DNA from: a virus | Virus record (IMG/VR): IMGVR_UViG_3300032323_003201 | Span: 1 to 64,000 of that record | Strand: one strand, 5' to 3' | DNA length: 64,000 nt | In this document: positions 58,829 to 64,000 of the stretch, in pieces | Numbering within the stretch: position 1 is the stretch's first letter | Layout of the letters: each line of letters begins with the position of its first letter | The notes under the pieces: generated by a model | What the model was told of the DNA's origin: nothing | Databases searched by the model: none | The model's input: only the letters and a program-made list of their open reading frames with translations | Made by a program: the position numbers and the translations under genes

Positions 58829-58953
58829 TTTATGCGAAATGTCCCTTTCGTATAAAATACCCTCTTGTATAAAAGCTAATTTAAAGCATTTAAATGCACT
58901 TTCAGAGCTACCTACCTTTCATATAAAAAAGATATGCCACTATATACGAAAGG
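58829..58953. promoter_or_regulatory. Array of repeated/inverted half-sites (candidate res site or operator)
   Basis: TTTATGCGAAA-6nt-TTTCGTATAAA, plus CCTCTTGTATAAAA, CCTTTCATATAAAA and TATACGAAAGG. Confidence 0.5.
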
Positions 58954-59009
58954 CCTGAAATATTGACTCACTCATGTGTTACATAAGTGTATTTCACAAG
59001 GATTTTACT

Positions 59010-60416
59010 ATGGATGAAAACACACTCTATAAGATAGCAGAGCTACTTCGTGGGAAGCTCAAGTCAAGCGACTATGCAGATTACATTTTGGCACTTGTTT
59101 GCTACCAAAGCCTTTGCTTGCTAGATGACATGCACAGGGACACACCAGATCAAATGTTTTTCAATATCCCAATCATCTTGAATGTGAGAAGCATAATTGA
59201 TGCCTTCAAAAGAGACCCTGACTATGACACCATTGATGCATTACAACAAGCCTTTGCCTATATCCAAGACAAGCTAAGACAGTATGATGATGACTATGCC
59301 TCTATCTTTGATAGCTGTGTCATGGATCATGCAAGCTTGGGTGCAACTAGAATGCAAAGGAATAGAACAATTGAGCCTATTCTTATTCATTTGAATAGTG
59401 CAGTGCACTCACAATCAATGAGTAACTTGGGGGATATCTATGAATTTTTTATCAATCATTTTGCTCAAATCAATCGTGGCTTTGGTGAATTTTACACCCC
59501 CAAGGAGATTGCAGAATTACAGGTTGAGCTATTACTAGATGATAGTGTGCAATCTGTGTATGATCCAACCTGTGGATCAGGTGGCTTGCTCCTCCAAGCG
59601 ATTAAGAAAAATGACAAGCTCAAGGTTTATGGACAAGAGCTTAACAAGTCAACATTCAATCTATCAATCATGAATTTGATGATGCATGGCCTACACCCAT
59701 CCCAAATGAGTATAAAGCATGGTGATGTTTTGGATAACCCCATGCACATAGGCACTTCCTTTGATTTGATTGTGGCAAATCCCCCATTCTCTGTCTCTTG
59801 GAATGCAGACAAGCACAAGGATGAATTGAGATTTCCTATACTTGCACCCAAAGGCAAGGCTGACTTTGCATTTGTGCAGCATATCAGCTGGTACTTGAAT
59901 GATTATGGTAAAGCGTCAATCATCTTGCCTCATGGTGTCCTCTTTAGGGGTGGGAATGAAGGGAAAATTAGGCAATGGTTTATTGACAACAATTTGATTG
60001 ATTGCTTAATTAGCTTGCCACCCAACACCTTCTATAGCACAAGTATACCAACCTGCATGATGATCCTACGAAGAGGAAGGGAAATAGACGCACCTATTCT
60101 ATTCGTTGAGGCTAAGACTGAATGTGTCAAGGATGGTAAATTCAATCGTATTATCAAGGATAGGATTTTAGATGTGTATGCTCATAAAAAAGAGATACCT
60201 GGATTTTCTAAGCTTGTAGAAAAGTCTGAAATCGTGCAGAATGAATATAACCTAAACTTTCCTAGATTTATCAGCACCTTTGAAGAAGAAGAGCAGATAG
60301 ACTTAGAGAAGGTCATCCTAGAAACCAATGCTACAACTCAATCGATTAAGCACCTTACAAGCAAGATCAATGAGCATTTCAAGGCAATGGGTCTTAAAGT
60401 ATTTTTGGAGATTTAA
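59010..60416 (+). CDS. hsdM: Type I R-M HsdM-like N6-adenine methyltransferase
   Basis: LRGK..SSDYADY, GEFYTP, VYDPTCGSGGLL, YGQE, ANPPF, LPHGVLFRG and YNLNFPRFI. Confidence 0.92.
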   Translation: MDENTLYKIAELLRGKLKSSDYADYILALVCYQSLCLLDDMHRDTPDQMFFNIPIILNVRSIIDAFKRDPDYDTIDALQQAFAYIQDKLRQYDDDYASIFDSCVMDHASLGATRMQRNRTIEPILIHLNSAVHSQSMSNLGDIYEFFINHFAQINRGFGEFYTPKEIAELQVELLLDDSVQSVYDPTCGSGGLLLQAIKKNDKLKVYGQELNKSTFNLSIMNLMMHGLHPSQMSIKHGDVLDNPMHIGTSFDLIVANPPFSVSWNADKHKDELRFPILAPKGKADFAFVQHISWYLNDYGKASIILPHGVLFRGGNEGKIRQWFIDNNLIDCLISLPPNTFYSTSIPTCMMILRRGREIDAPILFVEAKTECVKDGKFNRIIKDRILDVYAHKKEIPGFSKLVEKSEIVQNEYNLNFPRFISTFEEEEQIDLEKVILETNATTQSIKHLTSKINEHFKAMGLKVFLEI

Positions 60417-60419
60417 AGA

Positions 60420-60662
60420 ATGATGATGTTGTCTTATCTAGCCTTATCAGTTTTGAATGCACTACTTGTGCTTATCACAGTATCACCCTTCATCAAGATG
60501 ACTTGGGAGCTATCCTATGCTTATGATGACAAGTGGCTCATCACCTGCATGATCCTTTGTATTGGTGGGTTACTTAGCCTATGCTTTCTTGCACCACTGG
60601 CAGTGTTTGGCACACTTGCTTGTCTCTACCTTGTGAATTTTATTGTTCAAAAAATCCACTAA
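60420..60662 (+). CDS. Small membrane protein
   Basis: Almost entirely hydrophobic 80-aa ORF. Confidence 0.5.
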   Translation: MMMLSYLALSVLNALLVLITVSPFIKMTWELSYAYDDKWLITCMILCIGGLLSLCFLAPLAVFGTLACLYLVNFIVQKIH

Positions 60663-60712
60663 TTGAACAATAAACAAGCAAACTGTTCAAAAATCAACAG
60701 AATTGAACAATA
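60639..60712. promoter_or_regulatory. Tandem palindromic operator-like sites TGTTCAA-N12-TTGAACA x2
   Basis: Sites at 60639-60674 (12-bp perfect arms) and 60684-60709, 40 bp apart. Confidence 0.6.
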
Positions 60713-60764
60713 TGATATTAAGCCTTGTGTTATGTATTGCATTTTTTAAACACAAGGAGACAAA

Positions 60765-61361
60765 ATGCCTATTCAAATTATTAAGCCAGATAGCGAAGAC
60801 CAAAAGGCTATCTATGATAAGAAGATTTTCCTAGCAGGTAGTATTGAAATGGGTGCTGCTGTTGATTGGCAAAAGGAAGTAGAAGCTGTTTTTGCAAATC
60901 ACTTTTACAAAGAAAGAAATAATAGTGCCACAGTCTACAACCCAAGACGAATTAATTGGGACAGCTCATGGAAGCAATCTATTGACAATGAACAATTTAG
61001 AAATCAAGTTGAGTGGGAACTAAACAGGCTGTTCCAAAGCAATCTCATTTTCATGTACTTGGATGAAAACACTAAATCACCAATCAGCTTACTTGAATTA
61101 GGCTTGTATGCTCAAGATACCAAGCTGGTTGTTGTTTGTGGTGAGAATTTTTGGAGAAGAGGCAATGTAGAGGTAACTTGCAATTATTTTGATGTGCCTC
61201 TGATTATCCACAACCCAAGAGAAGAGAGCCTTACAGATCTTCTGATTGCGAATGAAATGACCTTTTTGAAGATCTTGTACAAGCTTAACCAAACCCTTGA
61301 ATACTTTAGCACAGTAGACCCAAACTTTTCTCTTCAAGCTTTGAAAAAAAAGATGCAATGA
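60765..61361 (+). CDS. Nucleoside 2-deoxyribosyltransferase-like protein
   Basis: IFLAGSIEMG...WQ, NPRR, QVEWEL and SPISLLELGL. Confidence 0.85.
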   Translation: MPIQIIKPDSEDQKAIYDKKIFLAGSIEMGAAVDWQKEVEAVFANHFYKERNNSATVYNPRRINWDSSWKQSIDNEQFRNQVEWELNRLFQSNLIFMYLDENTKSPISLLELGLYAQDTKLVVVCGENFWRRGNVEVTCNYFDVPLIIHNPREESLTDLLIANEMTFLKILYKLNQTLEYFSTVDPNFSLQALKKKMQ

Positions 61362-61433
61362 AATAAGAATTTATGTGTTAATAAGATTGTCAGCTCGTCC
61401 TTTGTAGATGGGGAATAGAAAAAGAGAATCGTA

Positions 61434-62282
61434 ATGCGTAGCACCTTTGAGCTGACACTAATTGATGACCAAGCAAAACCCTTTATTAAGTGGGTTGGTG
61501 GGAAAAGGCAGTTATTGCCAGAGATAAAACATTATTTACCTAAGCAATTTAATCAATATTTTGAGCCTTTCATAGGTGGTGGTGCATTGTTCTTTGAGCT
61601 AAACACGAAGCATGCAGTAATCAATGACTACAATATTGAATTAGTCAATGTATACAAAACAATAAAGCATGACCATATTGCACTTATTGAAGATTTAAAG
61701 AAGCATAGAAACACAGAGGATTACTACTATGCTATTCGTGGGTTAGATAGGGATGAGCAAGCATTTGCCAGCTTGACAGGTATTGAAAGAGCAAGTCGAT
61801 TTATCTATTTGAATAAGACAGGCTACAATGGTCTATATCGTGTGAATAATAAAAATCAAATCAATGTGGCCTTTGGTGGATATGAAGCACCATGCATTTT
61901 AGATGAGAATAATATCAAAGCCTGTCATCATGCTTTACAAACCACAACCATTTTGCAAGGTGACTTTGAGAATATTAAAGGCTTAATTCAAAAGGGGGAT
62001 TTTGTCTACCTAGATCCACCCTATGCACCTTTGACACCAACTGCAAACTTTGTGTCATATACAGCTCAAGGCTTTGATCAAGCTATGCAAGAGAGAGTAA
62101 AGAATTTGTGTGATGAGATAGATAAAATAGGTGCTTATTTCATGCTATCCAATTCAAGTGCAGACATGATTTTAAATTTGTATAGGCACTATGATATTAA
62201 AATGGTTTTGGCAAATCGCAAGATTAATTGTGCAAGTGATAAAAGGGGAGCTGTCAAAGAAGTACTTGTGACAAATTATTAA
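61434..62282 (+). CDS. dam: Dam/DpnM-like D12-class N6-adenine methyltransferase
   Basis: KPFIKWVGGK, EPFIGGGA, YLNKTGYNGLYRVN, DPPY and MLSNS. Confidence 0.92.
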   Translation: MRSTFELTLIDDQAKPFIKWVGGKRQLLPEIKHYLPKQFNQYFEPFIGGGALFFELNTKHAVINDYNIELVNVYKTIKHDHIALIEDLKKHRNTEDYYYAIRGLDRDEQAFASLTGIERASRFIYLNKTGYNGLYRVNNKNQINVAFGGYEAPCILDENNIKACHHALQTTTILQGDFENIKGLIQKGDFVYLDPPYAPLTPTANFVSYTAQGFDQAMQERVKNLCDEIDKIGAYFMLSNSSADMILNLYRHYDIKMVLANRKINCASDKRGAVKEVLVTNY

Positions 62283-62334
62283 AAAAACCCCTTGTGTGCA
62301 GTGTTAAATATGTGACTCACACACAAGGAAAAAA

Positions 62335-62934
62335 ATGTTAATTGGATATGCAAGAGTAAGTACAGATGAGCAATCACTAAACCTTCAGATTGATTATTTA
62401 AAGCAAGTAGGCTGTGATAAAATATATGAAGAGAAAATGACAGGCAAGACAAAGGATAGACCAGAGCTGAAGAAGGCACTCGCTAAACTAAAGAAGGGTG
62501 ATACCTTAGTATGTCTCAAGCTTGATCGTCTAGGTAGATCCATGAAGCACCTAATTGATATTGTTGATCAAATCAAAGAAAAGGGTTGTCATTTTAAGAC
62601 AAGTGATGGCATAGACACAAGCACGCACATGGGTGTTTTTATTTTCCATATCTTTGGTGCACTCGCTGAGATGGAATTAGGCATGATCAAAGAGAGAACA
62701 AGATTAGGCTTGAATGCAGCCAAAGCAAGAGGAAGGATTGGTGGCAGACCCAAAGGTCTATCAAAAAGATTGCAAGGCAAGGCTGACACAATTATACACC
62801 TATACAAGCAAGGGATGAAAGCTTGTGATATTGCCACCACAGTTGAGATTGCTCATGCAAGTGTTTACAATTGCTTAAAGGCTCAAGGCATTACCTTAAA
62901 AACTAAAACTAAGAATGAGAACAATCATGAGTAA
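62335..62934 (+). CDS. Small serine recombinase (resolvase/invertase, Hin/Pin-like)
   Basis: IGYARVSTDEQ, KLDRLGRS, ERTRLGL.AA.ARGR.GGRP and a C-terminal HTH. Confidence 0.95.
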   Translation: MLIGYARVSTDEQSLNLQIDYLKQVGCDKIYEEKMTGKTKDRPELKKALAKLKKGDTLVCLKLDRLGRSMKHLIDIVDQIKEKGCHFKTSDGIDTSTHMGVFIFHIFGALAEMELGMIKERTRLGLNAAKARGRIGGRPKGLSKRLQGKADTIIHLYKQGMKACDIATTVEIAHASVYNCLKAQGITLKTKTKNENNHE

Positions 62935-64000
62935 AAAAATATCTGAGAAGGTGGATGCACTTTACCATTCATATGCACAGCATTTTACACAAGAGCAAGT
63001 GGCTCAAATTATCCTACAATCACTTTTATTACAAATGACAAGTGGCAAGATTTATGACTCACTAGATGCAATTAAAGAGAGCATAGGGAATGCACCAGAA
63101 GAATATAAAATGCTATTGAATACAGCTCTCTTTGATAAGTGGCAAGCTCTAGCAATTTATGAAGAAGCAAGCAAGTTTGATTTGAGTCGTGAGAGAGATG
63201 ATTTGGGGGAAGTATTTGAGTATTTGATTAGTCGTGCAGATGCACAAAGACTAGGACAATTCTACACACCCCCAACACTTGCTAATTTACTCATCAAAAT
63301 TTGTATGCTTGGAAGAGGTGATGAGCCTTTATCTATCTATGATCCAGCTATGGGAACAGCAGGCTTACTTGTGCTTGCTCAAAAATACCTAAAGAGAGAT
63401 GATAAATTCTATGGTCAAGAGTTTAATTCAACAAGCTGGAAGATAGCACTAATCAATGCTTTACTTAATGGTATGAAATATGATTTTGGCTCAAATCCAT
63501 GTAGTACATTCATTTGTGATATCCATGCAAATCAAAAAATGGATATTATCCTTGCAAATCCACCATACAATCAAAAGTCATGGAATGATGGGATTGATAT
63601 CCTAAAGGATGATAGATTTAAAGATATGCCACACCCACCATCAAGCAATGGTAATTTTGCATGGATCTTACATTGCCTGCACCACCTAAAGGATGATGGG
63701 ATAGCAAGCATAGTAATTGCGAATGGGTCACTAACAACCATGCAAAAGGATGAGCTTGTAGTAAGAAAATATTTAGTAGAGCATGACCTAGTGGAAGCTG
63801 TCATATCACTACCACCAAAGCTATTTACAACAACAAGCATATCTGCATGTGTATGGGTGATAAATAAAGCCAAGAAAAAGAAGGGACATATTCTTTTTGT
63901 GGATATCGCAAGTGAAGGCAAGAAGATTAGTAGAAATCAAAATGAGCTTGATATACTGACAATTGACCAAGTGGTTGATACAATAGGTAGGTGGAGAAAT
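62927..64000 (+). CDS. hsdM: Second HsdM-like amino-methyltransferase, truncated by the window end (absent from the ORF track)
   Basis: My translation from ATG 62927 gives LGEVFEYLI, GQFYTP, IYDPAMGTAGLL, YGQE, ANPPYN and LPPKLF, with no stop before 64000. Confidence 0.88.
   Translation, partial: MSKKISEKVDALYHSYAQHFTQEQVAQIILQSLLLQMTSGKIYDSLDAIKESIGNAPEEYKMLLNTALFDKWQALAIYEEASKFDLSRERDDLGEVFEYLISRADAQRLGQFYTPPTLANLLIKICMLGRGDEPLSIYDPAMGTAGLLVLAQKYLKRDDKFYGQEFNSTSWKIALINALLNGMKYDFGSNPCSTFICDIHANQKMDIILANPPYNQKSWNDGIDILKDDRFKDMPHPPSSNGNFAWILHCLHHLKDDGIASIVIANGSLTTMQKDELVVRKYLVEHDLVEAVISLPPKLFTTTSISACVWVINKAKKKKGHILFVDIASEGKKISRNQNELDILTIDQVVDTIGRWRN

Noticed and set aside
62335-62934. Integrase indicating a prophage
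   Set aside because: It is a 199-aa small serine resolvase/invertase without the large recombinase/zinc-ribbon domain. No host genes or att junction are visible.
1-64000. Alternative genetic code or tRNA genes
   Set aside because: Conserved genes are full-length and densely packed under the standard code, with all three stops in use. I recognised no tRNA-like sequence by eye, and tRNAscan would be needed to confirm.

Overview
The whole window is part of a tailed, contractile-tail (myovirus-like) bacteriophage genome. It is AT-rich and reads cleanly in the standard code, and I saw no tRNA, rRNA or CRISPR array. From left to right it holds: (1) a 5'-truncated family A DNA polymerase, a Cas4/RecB-like exonuclease, an SF2 helicase and terminase subunits; (2) two very large repetitive fibre genes placed unusually between TerL and the portal; (3) a G/C-tract-rich non-coding element; (4) small membrane proteins, a degenerate ThyX-like gene, an SLT transglycosylase and dCMP deaminase; (5) a head, neck, sheath, tube and baseplate module resembling SPO1/Twort/K-type phages, interrupted by an antisense four-gene paralog array; (6) a mostly minus-strand accessory and nucleotide-metabolism arm (M15 peptidase, ClpP-like, Nmad1/DUF1599-like, DUF550-like, NrdAB, SspD-like PAPS reductase, beta clamp, RecU); (7) an inverted second copy of the non-coding element; (8) a methyltransferase island (HsdM-NPPF, NDT-like, Dam-like, small serine recombinase, second HsdM-NPPY cut by the window end). 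The most notable unexplained structures are a ~340-bp inverted repeat pair 40.5 kb apart, a dispersed DNA-modification toolkit, a paralog array with duplication scars, a shared early-promoter motif and several operator/res-like palindrome arrays. All family assignments come from motif recognition by eye, not from database searches.
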